Positions 10,260 to 18,050 of a DNA stretch of 64,000 nt are shown in pieces. A program made the position numbers and the translations under genes. A model generated the notes under the pieces. That model was given only the letters and a program-made list of their open reading frames with translations, ran no database searches and was not told the origin of the DNA. The number at the start of each line of letters is the position of its first letter. The first letter of the stretch is position 1. The stretch lies in assembly GCA_036845725.1 (NCBI GenBank), contig DAIUDK010000004.1:519-64518 (forward strand), written 5' to 3'. The stretch comes from Chloroflexota bacterium (GTDB lineage: Bacteria > Chloroflexota > Anaerolineae > B4-G1 > SLSP01).

Positions 10260-11306
10260 TCAGTAATGAATTGACACCGGTGTGCCGATTTCGGCCCAGG
10301 CGTAGATGAGGCTGGCTTCATACGTTCCTAGGACGATGCAGCCGTAGGAGACTGGCGAACCCAAATATCCGGCCCAGAGCGTCGTCCCGTTCGCCATCAC
10401 CGGCAGGGCGTGGATGCCATTTTCTGTCGAGCCAGCCCAGTAGATGCCGAGCCAATGCGGCATCCAGATATCCCAGGTGGAGCCATAGGCGTTGGGGAAC
10501 TTGCTTTGCACGCGGAATTCGCCCACGCGCGTGTAGTACGGTGCCGCCCCGCTGGAAGCCACGAAGGAATAGACCAATTGCTCCCCCTGGTAGGCGTAGA
10601 GGTGTTGCTCGGAGAGGTTGACCACGATGTACTTCCCGCCACCGGATGGAGCAGGCGCGGTCCCGGTGAGGCGCAGCACCTGCCCAACGTAGATGTTGGA
10701 CGGGTTGGCGATCCCGTTAAGATAGGCTAAGTCTGCGGGTGTCCTTCCGAAGCGCAGCGCAATCTGGATCAATGTGTCGCCGGGACGCACCACGTAGGTA
10801 TCGAGGTTACTTGTTTCTGGATCGGGCGTCTCCTCTACCGCAGCGCGTCCAGGGATGAGCAAGGATTGCCCTATGTAGATCGTGTGCCAGTCGGACAAAT
10901 CGTTGGTCTGGATCAAGGCCCATGCGGTGATCCCGTGCCGCAGAGCGATGCTGCTCACAGTATCGCCCGGCTGGACGACATAAGCGTCCGTGGAGGGTGT
11001 GGGCGGCGGCGGGGGGGCCGGTTCGCCGGAAGCGCCAGGGATGACCAGCTCCTGCCCAACGTAGATGTAGATACTGGTCAGCCCGTTTGCGGCCATAATT
11101 GCATCGACCGTCGTGCCGTAGCGCAGGGAGATGCGAAAGAGGTTCTCGCCAGGCTGCACCACGTGGATGATGGCTGTCTGCGCCTGTGCTGTGGCAGGAC
11201 GGAACAGCGCGCACAACAGCATCAGCGCGATGAGGATTCTTGTCAGTGAAGCTACACATTGCAGTACAGCCGAAATCCGGCGGTGTGGGGTGGGTAACAC
11301 ACGCAT
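10260..11306 (-). CDS. LysM x3 plus L,D-transpeptidase (YkuD) domain protein
   Basis: Three Y/HVVxPG(E/D)x(L/V)..I...(Y/H/F)G LysM units after a signal-like segment (ILIALMLLCALFRPATAQA); C-terminal IVVNLSEQHLYAY...GIH...SYGCIVL catalytic motif. Start uncertain: Met at 11306 chosen, ORF open to 11414. Confidence 0.85.
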   Translation of the reverse strand: MRVLPTPHRRISAVLQCVASLTRILIALMLLCALFRPATAQAQTAIIHVVQPGENLFRISLRYGTTVDAIMAANGLTSIYIYVGQELVIPGASGEPAPPPPPTPSTDAYVVQPGDTVSSIALRHGITAWALIQTNDLSDWHTIYIGQSLLIPGRAAVEETPDPETSNLDTYVVRPGDTLIQIALRFGRTPADLAYLNGIANPSNIYVGQVLRLTGTAPAPSGGGKYIVVNLSEQHLYAYQGEQLVYSFVASSGAAPYYTRVGEFRVQSKFPNAYGSTWDIWMPHWLGIYWAGSTENGIHALPVMANGTTLWAGYLGSPVSYGCIVLGTYEASLIYAWAEIGTPVSIHY

Positions 11307-11508
11307 ATTGCCCAAAGGTGAAAATGGCCGGTTGTTTCTCATCGGCCTGATTCTATCGCTGTTATGTTTTTCGTGCAAACAGCGGCGGGATTGCGTGCGA
11401 TGTGAGGCGCTCACTTCGACTTGCCCTCATTGTCAATTGTTCTATACTGCGAGCCAGCACGGCGATGTGCTCAGGGGACGCGCTCGCCGGATACCGACAG
11501 AGGTGACT

Positions 11509-13911
11509 ATGAGACAGAACTTATCGCTAATTCTCTCCCGCCGCACATTCCTAAAGGGATTTCTTACCGCTGCCAGTTTGATGGTTGTGGGTTGCAACCG
11601 CGACGAATCTCCCATGCCGACTGCGACCGCCACGACCTCTACGCAACCTACTCTCCCTCCCACGCCTTCCGCGACCTCTGCCCCTCCCTCTACGCCTTCT
11701 GCAACCCCTACTCCCCGCCCTACGCCCACCGCAACTGCTACCACGATCCCCGCACGGCCAGAAATCTACACCAATCCCGTTCTCTCTTTCGCAGAGCGGG
11801 TACGCGACCTGGTCAGCCAGATGACGATCGAAGAGAAGGTCTCGCAGATGGGGAGTCAATCGCCCGCGATTGAGCGCCTGGGCGTTCCCGCGTATAACTG
11901 GTGGAACGAAGCGCTGCACGGCGTGGCCCGCGCCGGCATTGCGACCGTCTTCCCGCAGGCCATTGGCCTGGCCAGCACCTGGAATCCTGACCTGATCTAT
12001 CGCATGGCCGAAGTGATCTCCGACGAAGGGCGCGCCAAACACCACGAAGTCGTTCGCAAATATCCGAGCGGCCAGTACGACGGTCTGACCTTCTGGAGCC
12101 CCAACATCAACATCTTCCGCGATCCGCGCTGGGGGCGCGGCCAGGAGACGTATGGCGAAGACCCTTATCTCACCTCCCGATTGGGGGTCAACTTTGTCCG
12201 GGGGATACAGGGCACGGACCCTCTCTATCTCAAAGCCGTCGCCACCCCCAAACATTACGCCGTCCATAGCGGCCCCGAGAAGGACCGCCATCGCTTCGAT
12301 GCCCAGGTCTCCCAGCGCGACCTGCGGATGACCTATCTGCCCGCCTTCGAAGCCTGTATGGTCGAGGGGCAAGCCGCTTCGATCATGGGTGCCTACAACC
12401 GGGTGAACGGCGAGGCCAGTTGCGCCAGCCCCACGCTGCTCCAGGACATTCTGCGCGATGAATGGGGGTTCGAGGGTTACGTCGTTTCCGATTGCGGGGC
12501 GATTGACGACATCTACACACGACACCGCCTGGTCAACACCGGGGCCGAGGCGGCTGCGTTGGCCGTCAAGAACGGCTGTGACCTGGAATGTGGCTGCACT
12601 TATAACATCGCCTGTCATTATCAACGCAGGCTTGTCGAAGCGGTCGAGAAGGGACTGTTGACTGACGAGGACTTGAACCGGTCGGTCGAGCGGTTGTTCA
12701 TGGCTCGCTTCCGTCTGGGGATGTTCGATCCCGACGATCAGGTGCCCTACGCGCAAATCCCCTTCAGCGTAGTCGATTCCGCGGAGCATCGGGAACTGGC
12801 GCTGGAAGTCGCGCGCCAATCGCTCGTCCTGCTCAAGAACCAGGATAGCCTGCTACCGCTGGATAAGGACACCCTCAAGTCTATCGCCGTCATCGGTCCC
12901 AACGCCGACGAAACGCTGGTCCTCGCCGGCAACTACTCGGGCACGCCCGCCGAGCCGGTTTCTGTGCTGGCGGGTATCCAGGCCCTGGTTCCTCCTGAAA
13001 CTGAAGTCATCTATGCCCGAGGTTGCGAAATCATCGATGCGGATCAAACCAGGTTTACGGAAGCCGTCGAGGCAGCGAGGAAATCGCAAGTGGCGGTGAT
13101 GGTGATGGGCCTCTCGCAGCAACTCGAGGGCGAAGAAGGTCAAACCGAGGGCAATCCGCCGGGGGTGCGCAGCCGCGGCGACCGCGAGGCGCTCGACTTG
13201 CCGCTTGTCCAGGAACAGCTCTTGCAGGCTGTTTACGAAACCGGAACACCCATTATCCTGGTGCTGATGAACGGCAGCGCCGTTTCTATCAACTGGGCCG
13301 CCGAGCGCGTCCCCGCTATCCTCGAAGCCTGGTACCCCGGCCAGGCGGGTGGGACCGCCGTGGCCGAGACGCTTTTTGGCCTGACCAATCCGGGTGGCAG
13401 ATTGCCGGTCACGTTCTACCGCGCCGTCTCGGACTTGCCGGCCTTCGACGATTACAGTATGGAAAACCGCACCTATCGCTACTTCACCGGCCAGCCGCTC
13501 TATGCGTTTGGTTACGGCCTGAGCTACACCACCTTCGCCTACCGTGACCTGCACATTGCACCGGAGCGTGTCAAGGCCGGCGATTTCGTCTCTGTCCAGG
13601 TAGAGGTCGAGAACACCGGCCAACGTCCGGGCGATGAGGTGGTGCAGCTTTACCTGAAGGACGTCGAAGCCTCATTGCCCGTTCCCTTGCTCCAGTTGCA
13701 GGGCTTCGCCCGCATTCACCTGTCGCCTGGGGAAAAACAAACTGTTCAGTTCACCATCACTGCCGCGCAAATGTCCTTTGCCGATGAGGACGGGAAGTGG
13801 GTGTTGGAACCGGGCGAGTTCCAGGTGTGGGTTGGCGGCCAACAACCAACTCCGGCGGTCAGCGCGCAGCTGGCCAATGTGCTGGCGGGACAGTTTGTTG
13901 TCGAGGTTTAG
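11509..13911 (+). CDS. Glycoside hydrolase family 3 (beta-glucosidase/xylosidase), Tat-exported lipoprotein with Pro/Thr linker and Fn3-like C-terminus
   Basis: ATG 11509 after AGAGGTGA; SRRTFLK twin-Arg motif and lipobox-like VVGC; WNEALHG, RDPRWGRGQETYGEDP, KHY, VVSDCGA nucleophile motif; DEVVQLY Fn3-like domain. Confidence 0.92.
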   Translation: MRQNLSLILSRRTFLKGFLTAASLMVVGCNRDESPMPTATATTSTQPTLPPTPSATSAPPSTPSATPTPRPTPTATATTIPARPEIYTNPVLSFAERVRDLVSQMTIEEKVSQMGSQSPAIERLGVPAYNWWNEALHGVARAGIATVFPQAIGLASTWNPDLIYRMAEVISDEGRAKHHEVVRKYPSGQYDGLTFWSPNINIFRDPRWGRGQETYGEDPYLTSRLGVNFVRGIQGTDPLYLKAVATPKHYAVHSGPEKDRHRFDAQVSQRDLRMTYLPAFEACMVEGQAASIMGAYNRVNGEASCASPTLLQDILRDEWGFEGYVVSDCGAIDDIYTRHRLVNTGAEAAALAVKNGCDLECGCTYNIACHYQRRLVEAVEKGLLTDEDLNRSVERLFMARFRLGMFDPDDQVPYAQIPFSVVDSAEHRELALEVARQSLVLLKNQDSLLPLDKDTLKSIAVIGPNADETLVLAGNYSGTPAEPVSVLAGIQALVPPETEVIYARGCEIIDADQTRFTEAVEAARKSQVAVMVMGLSQQLEGEEGQTEGNPPGVRSRGDREALDLPLVQEQLLQAVYETGTPIILVLMNGSAVSINWAAERVPAILEAWYPGQAGGTAVAETLFGLTNPGGRLPVTFYRAVSDLPAFDDYSMENRTYRYFTGQPLYAFGYGLSYTTFAYRDLHIAPERVKAGDFVSVQVEVENTGQRPGDEVVQLYLKDVEASLPVPLLQLQGFARIHLSPGEKQTVQFTITAAQMSFADEDGKWVLEPGEFQVWVGGQQPTPAVSAQLANVLAGQFVVEV

Positions 13912-13948
13912 CTGTGGGGTAGGTAGGGCAAAGTATCTATTGAACGAC

Positions 13949-13979
13949 AAAGGGCCGTCGCATGCGCGGCGGCCCTTTT
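13949..13979 (+). terminator. Intrinsic terminator after the GH3 gene
   Basis: aaagggccgtcgc-atgc-gcggcggccctttt hairpin. Confidence 0.7.
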
Positions 13980-14018
13980 CCTATCCTGAAAATCCTGTTA
14001 ATTCTGTCCAAATTCTCT

Positions 14019-14340
14019 TTATACCGGCGCCAGCGTCCCGGCGAAGATCTGCCAAGCCAGCAGCGTCTTGGCGACGAGGCTGAGAATGATGTACACCCGC
14101 TCGCCAAAGAGATAGTCCTTCCACTTGCCGACTTTCCTATATTGCAAGATCATGTTTAGAATCTATCCGAAAATTCACCGGACGCAGTATTTTGCGCCTA
14201 AAGGCGCGGGGAAAAAACGGCTTTAGCCGCCCATTCCGACGACAGCGTGAAACCGTCATAATTTTCGGATAGGTTCTTAATGCGAACCCGTTGAAAAAGA
14301 CGAAGATACTGGCGACGATGAAGTGGACGAAATTCCGAAA
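14019..14340 (-). pseudogene. Heliorhodopsin 3' fragment (helices F-G), interrupted by a MITE
   Basis: Removing 14159-14276 and one TTA gives NFVHFIVASIFVFFNGFALNMILQYRKVGKWKDYLFGERVYIILSLVAKTLLAWQIFAGTLAPV*, with the heliorhodopsin FFN.FA.N..LQY...G.W.DY..GE..YI.LSLVAK..LAWQ.F signature. No 5' part is recognisable before the AOR terminator. Confidence 0.85.
14159..14276. mobile_element. 118-bp non-autonomous MITE, IS5-family-like
   Basis: 17-bp terminal inverted repeats GAATCTATCCGAAAATT / GAACCTATCCGAAAATT (16/17 match); TTA target duplication at 14156-14158 and 14277-14279; no transposase. Confidence 0.85.
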
Positions 14341-14439
14341 AGTCGGTGTCATTTGTCTGGCGATGGCCCACGTGGAGGATTTGCTGGCACTGTGTGTAAG
14401 TCAGGCGCAGATTTTCGCGGATTCACGCAGATTGTTTTT

Positions 14440-14477
14440 AATAAAGAAGACGCCGGATGGAAATTTCCATCCGGCGT
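14440..14477 (-). terminator. Intrinsic terminator after the AOR gene
   Basis: acgccggatgg-aaattt-ccatccggcgt perfect stem followed on the minus strand by cttctttatt. Confidence 0.7.
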
Positions 14478-14507
14478 TTGTGTGAAACACAAAAGCTGAA
14501 TGTCGGC

Positions 14508-16265
14508 CTACATCTTGCCGTGAACGCTGTCGAAGACTTCGTCCGGCAGATCGTTGACAACGTTGTGCGGTGGCAGTTTCTCGTACTTCATAAACTCCGG
14601 CAGGCGGTCGTCCAGGTGCGTGAGGCCCGCGCCGATGTTGAAGGCGCGCTCGCGTTTGAGGACTTCGCCGCCCAGCGCCACAGCATCGTCGGCCGTCATA
14701 TTGAGGCCGAACATTGCGTTCACTTCCTGAACCAGGCCCTCGAAGCCACTGGCGATGTCGAGAATGGCGAAAGCGATAAAGAGGCAGTGCCCAGAGGAGT
14801 CGAGGAAGGCCGTCGTCATCTGGAACGCGCGGCTCAGATCGGCCTTGCCTGGCTCGGAGGCGAGCGGGTCGGACTTGCCACCGACGCCCGCGATTTCCGG
14901 CGCGATGGTGTACCCGGCGGTGTGATCGGCACCCATTGTGGTGGTGGCGTAGGTGACGCCGATGCCCTTGACCGCACGCGGCTCGTAGGCGGGCATACCC
15001 TGCCCCTTGACCGATGGCGAGCGCGGATTGCCGAATGCCTTGGCCGTGAAGCCTGTACCGCCGCCCAGGATGCGGCCGATTGCCGTGCCCTTGCCCATTT
15101 CGTGCAGCAGTGCGATTGCGCCGTCCAGGTCGCCGAACGGGAGATAGCCGGAATCCATCGCCACGGCGACACTATCACCGGCCTCGATCGTGTCCAGACC
15201 GTAGGCGTTGCACCAGTACACCATCCTGGCAATACCGTCCAGATTGTCGATGCCGCAGTTCGCACCCAACGCCCAGTCGGATTCGTACTCGATGCAGGAG
15301 ACGATCTCCGAGCCGTCTTCGGCGTGGTAAGTGTTCGAGCACTGGATCACACAACCGGGACTGCACGCGTGGTTGTAGAGTTCCTTGCCCAGGCGTCGCT
15401 TGTTGTTTTCGAAGATAGCCTCACCGGCGATCTTGGCCGCGCCTTCGAAGCGCCCGGTGCGGAAGTTGCGGGTGGGCAGGCCGCCGGCTTCGTTCAGGAT
15501 ATTGATCAGCACGGCGGTGCCGTAGGTGTTGAGACCGCCCTTGGGCTTGGTGAGCGCGTGCTCGCCCAACGCCTCGCGCAGTTTGCGCGCGCCTTCCATG
15601 AAGGCTTCCGGATCGGCGATCTCAACGCCCGGCGCGCCCTCGGCGTCGACCACGAGGAACTTCAGGCCCTTGCTGCCCATCACCGCGCCCAGGCCGCCGC
15701 GGCCGGAGTAGCGCGTGGGGCGCTGCTTCAGATCCTCGAAGACGATGCCGGAGTTGGCATAGCCGAATTCACCGGCGACGCCAATCCCCGCCACGTGCAC
15801 GCGCTTGCCGTATTTCTCGAACAGCACCGGGAACACGTCGTACAGGTTCTTGCCGACGTAGTCGCCAGCGCAGGAGAACTCGATGGCAGGCTTTTCGCCA
15901 TCCCAGAAGAGCTTGGCGACCCAGTAATCTTTTTCTGCCGGCATCCCTTCAACGATGAGGGCCTTGATGCGCATCCGCGCCACGGCAGGCGCCCAACCGG
16001 TTCCGGCGTTGGCTTCCTTGATGCCACCCGTCAGCGGGGACTTCGCGCCGACCGAGACACGCGACGACGTCGGGGCCGTCGTCCCGGTGACCATTCCAGG
16101 GGCAAAGACGAGCTTGTTGTTCGGCCCGAGGGGGTGGCTCATTGGATCCACTTCATCGTAGATGATGGTCGAGGTCAGCCCTCTCCCTCCCAGGTTCTTG
16201 TACCGTCCGGGTACTTCTTCCAATTTGTAAGACTGATCTGTCATATTGATGCGTACAATCCACAT
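14508..16265 (-). CDS. aor: Aldehyde:ferredoxin oxidoreductase family protein (W/Mo-pterin)
   Basis: KSPLTGGIKEANAG, GRGGLGAVMGSKGLK, C..C.I.C (CSPGCVIQC), GLDTIEAG, AYEPR, GADH motifs; RBS AAGGAG. Confidence 0.92.
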   Translation of the reverse strand: MWIVRINMTDQSYKLEEVPGRYKNLGGRGLTSTIIYDEVDPMSHPLGPNNKLVFAPGMVTGTTAPTSSRVSVGAKSPLTGGIKEANAGTGWAPAVARMRIKALIVEGMPAEKDYWVAKLFWDGEKPAIEFSCAGDYVGKNLYDVFPVLFEKYGKRVHVAGIGVAGEFGYANSGIVFEDLKQRPTRYSGRGGLGAVMGSKGLKFLVVDAEGAPGVEIADPEAFMEGARKLREALGEHALTKPKGGLNTYGTAVLINILNEAGGLPTRNFRTGRFEGAAKIAGEAIFENNKRRLGKELYNHACSPGCVIQCSNTYHAEDGSEIVSCIEYESDWALGANCGIDNLDGIARMVYWCNAYGLDTIEAGDSVAVAMDSGYLPFGDLDGAIALLHEMGKGTAIGRILGGGTGFTAKAFGNPRSPSVKGQGMPAYEPRAVKGIGVTYATTTMGADHTAGYTIAPEIAGVGGKSDPLASEPGKADLSRAFQMTTAFLDSSGHCLFIAFAILDIASGFEGLVQEVNAMFGLNMTADDAVALGGEVLKRERAFNIGAGLTHLDDRLPEFMKYEKLPPHNVVNDLPDEVFDSVHGKM

Positions 16266-16442
16266 AGTAAAACTCCTTTTTTAAGTTTGATTCCTGGATA
16301 TGTCAGCCCTATCCAGGTGCGAGAAACTGCCTGGCTGACTGGGTTATACAATATGTAGTTTTGACACCGGTAGGCGAGGGCGGTAGACCGTCCCGAGCCT
16401 GGTTTGTGACTTTGGCTCATCTTCAGCCCGGCCACTGGCAAC

Positions 16443-16484
16443 AAAAAAGAGGCAACCCTCTCCACGTTGGAGTAGGATTGCCTC
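16443..16484 (-). terminator. Leader attenuator terminator overlapping the riboswitch P1 stem
   Basis: Minus strand gaggcaatcct-actccaacgtggag-agggttgcctc-tttttt. Confidence 0.7.
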
Positions 16485-16590
16485 CTTTGCAAACACGGCA
16501 GGCGCAGGAATCGCTTCCTGTACCCTGGGAACCGGCTTTGCCGGATTCCACTTGCCCATCCGTCCTCGAGGGAGCGGTATGGGTCGGAGG
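16481..16590 (-). ncRNA. Moco (molybdenum/tungsten cofactor) RNA motif, riboswitch candidate
   Basis: Minus strand cctccgacccatacc...atggg-caagt-ggaatccggcaaagccggttcc-cagggta-caggaagcgattcctg-cgcctgccgtgtttgcaaaggagg: P1 cctcc/ggagg, P2 cccat/atggg, P3 hairpin, and CAGGG...GCCT.CCGT.TTTG.AAAGG 3' consensus; lies in the 5' leader of a pterin-dependent enzyme. Confidence 0.75.
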
Positions 16591-16658
16591 CGGTATTTAG
16601 GGGAAGGCCGACGTTCTCAAGCTCACGGCGTCTGTTTCCCCATAACACCTACACTTCT

Positions 16659-16687
16659 ATTATGGTTCAGCCTCGCAATTTTGTCAA
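16659..16687 (-). promoter_or_regulatory. Sigma70-type promoter for the aor leader
   Basis: TTGACA-17 bp-CATAAT on the minus strand, upstream of the aptamer. Confidence 0.65.
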
Positions 16688-16734
16688 CCCGATAGACGAC
16701 AAAAGTGCAGACGTCAAATGTCAGATAGATATGG

Positions 16735-17382
16735 TTACTTTTGTCTGGCCGGATGCTGCGACAGGCAGATGAGCGGCGGCTTGCGCTCGAAGATCGGCAG
16801 GAACCGTTCGGCGCGGTCCCGCAGCCGCTGGATATTGGGCCGCAGCGCCCACAGCGTGAGCAGCATCACGGGGACGCCCAGCAGAAGCGCGTTGAGCAGC
16901 TCGCCGCGCAGCGTAAAGATGAGCGGCAGCAGCACCGCCACAGTGATCGAGGCGACAGAGGCATGCCCTACCAACACGCCCACGATGACGCCCGCGATCA
17001 ACAGGATCGGCAGGAAGGGAAGCCACATCGCCGCAGCGAGACCAACGGTCGTCGCCGTGCCCGCGCCGCCGCGAAAACCGAGAAAGAGCGAGTAGTTGTG
17101 CCCGACCACCGCCAAGACACCGGCCATGGCAATTGCGGCTATGCCAAGTTCCATCGCTTCCGCGAGCCAGATCGCCGCTGCACCTTTCAGACCATCTGTG
17201 ATCGCCGTCAGCAGCGCGGGCAGGAAGCCTACCGACCGCCAAACGTTTGTACCGCCGGTGCGCCCGCTGCCGTGTTTACGGATGTCGATACGTCTGACGA
17301 TCCATCCCCAAATCATCCCTGACGGAATTGAACCAAGCACGTATGCCCCGGCCCATCCCACAATTGTCTTAACCCATTCCAT
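16735..17382 (-). CDS. plsY: Glycerol-3-phosphate acyltransferase PlsY
   Basis: YVLGSIPSG...DIRKHGSGRTGGTNVWR, DGLKG, VVGHNYSLFLGFRGGAG motifs; RBS GAGGAGGA before ATG 17382. Confidence 0.9.
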   Translation of the reverse strand: MEWVKTIVGWAGAYVLGSIPSGMIWGWIVRRIDIRKHGSGRTGGTNVWRSVGFLPALLTAITDGLKGAAAIWLAEAMELGIAAIAMAGVLAVVGHNYSLFLGFRGGAGTATTVGLAAAMWLPFLPILLIAGVIVGVLVGHASVASITVAVLLPLIFTLRGELLNALLLGVPVMLLTLWALRPNIQRLRDRAERFLPIFERKPPLICLSQHPARQK

Positions 17383-17414
17383 AAGTATACTTCTCCTCCT
17401 CAGGACACTGGTTG

Positions 17415-17939
17415 CTACCACGCAACGGGGACGCGCTGGCGGCGATATTGCCGGTCGTAGTACTGGACGTAGCGGTTTTGCTGCCCGAATTCATAGACGC
17501 GCCGGGTGACATCGACGTCTTGCTCGCAGTAGGCGAAAATCTCTTCGACGCGCCCCTCTTTCCACCACTGCACCGCTTGCAGGCCATCGGCGCTCTTGCC
17601 GGTACCCAACGTTGCCGACGCTACCGCATCCAGTCCAACGCGGAACCCCAACTGCCGTTGTAATTCTGCCATCATATCCACGGTGGGCAGCTTGGTCAAG
17701 TCGACGTTGGTGTAGCGCATAACGACGGGATAGTCAAAGCCGTACAGATTGAAGCCGACGACGAGGTCCGCCGCCTGCAACTCTTGGACGAGCGCGGGAA
17801 TGTCAGCCTCGGTGTAGCGGTGGAAGGCCTGATCCGTGGTATTGTAGGTCACAACGACGGAGATGCGCAACCGTTCCGGATAGTGACCGCCGACCTCTTG
17901 AAAAGAATTCTGTGTTTCAACATCAAAGAATACAGGCAT
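17415..17939 (-). CDS. RNase H-like DEDD 3'-5' exonuclease (YprB/RNase_H_2-like)
   Basis: FFDVETQ (Exo I), VVGFN..GFDYPV (Exo II), YCEQDV (Exo III); start taken at MPVFFD. Confidence 0.8.
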   Translation of the reverse strand: MPVFFDVETQNSFQEVGGHYPERLRISVVVTYNTTDQAFHRYTEADIPALVQELQAADLVVGFNLYGFDYPVVMRYTNVDLTKLPTVDMMAELQRQLGFRVGLDAVASATLGTGKSADGLQAVQWWKEGRVEEIFAYCEQDVDVTRRVYEFGQQNRYVQYYDRQYRRQRVPVAW

Positions 17940-18050
17940 GATCTGTGGCTCCTCTCTTTGACAGCAAGACAAATCTGGAAGTCGTTCTACATGCGTGACG
18001 CGTGTTTCGTGAAGCAAAAGTATCACGCGTCACGCAGCACGTGCCACGTC

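Noticed and set aside
11300-11500. c-di-AMP riboswitch upstream of the LysM gene
   Set aside because: No recognisable ydaO consensus or terminator in the short divergent spacer.
11131-11508. N-terminal extension of the GH3 ORF
   Set aside because: Overlaps the divergent LysM gene; the RBS and Tat signal support ATG 11509.
14137-14352. 71-aa minus-strand ORF as a real gene
   Set aside because: It is heliorhodopsin helix F read through into the MITE.
14457-16358. 633-aa plus-strand ORF
   Set aside because: Antisense shadow of aor caused by GC-rich codon bias; no recognisable motifs.
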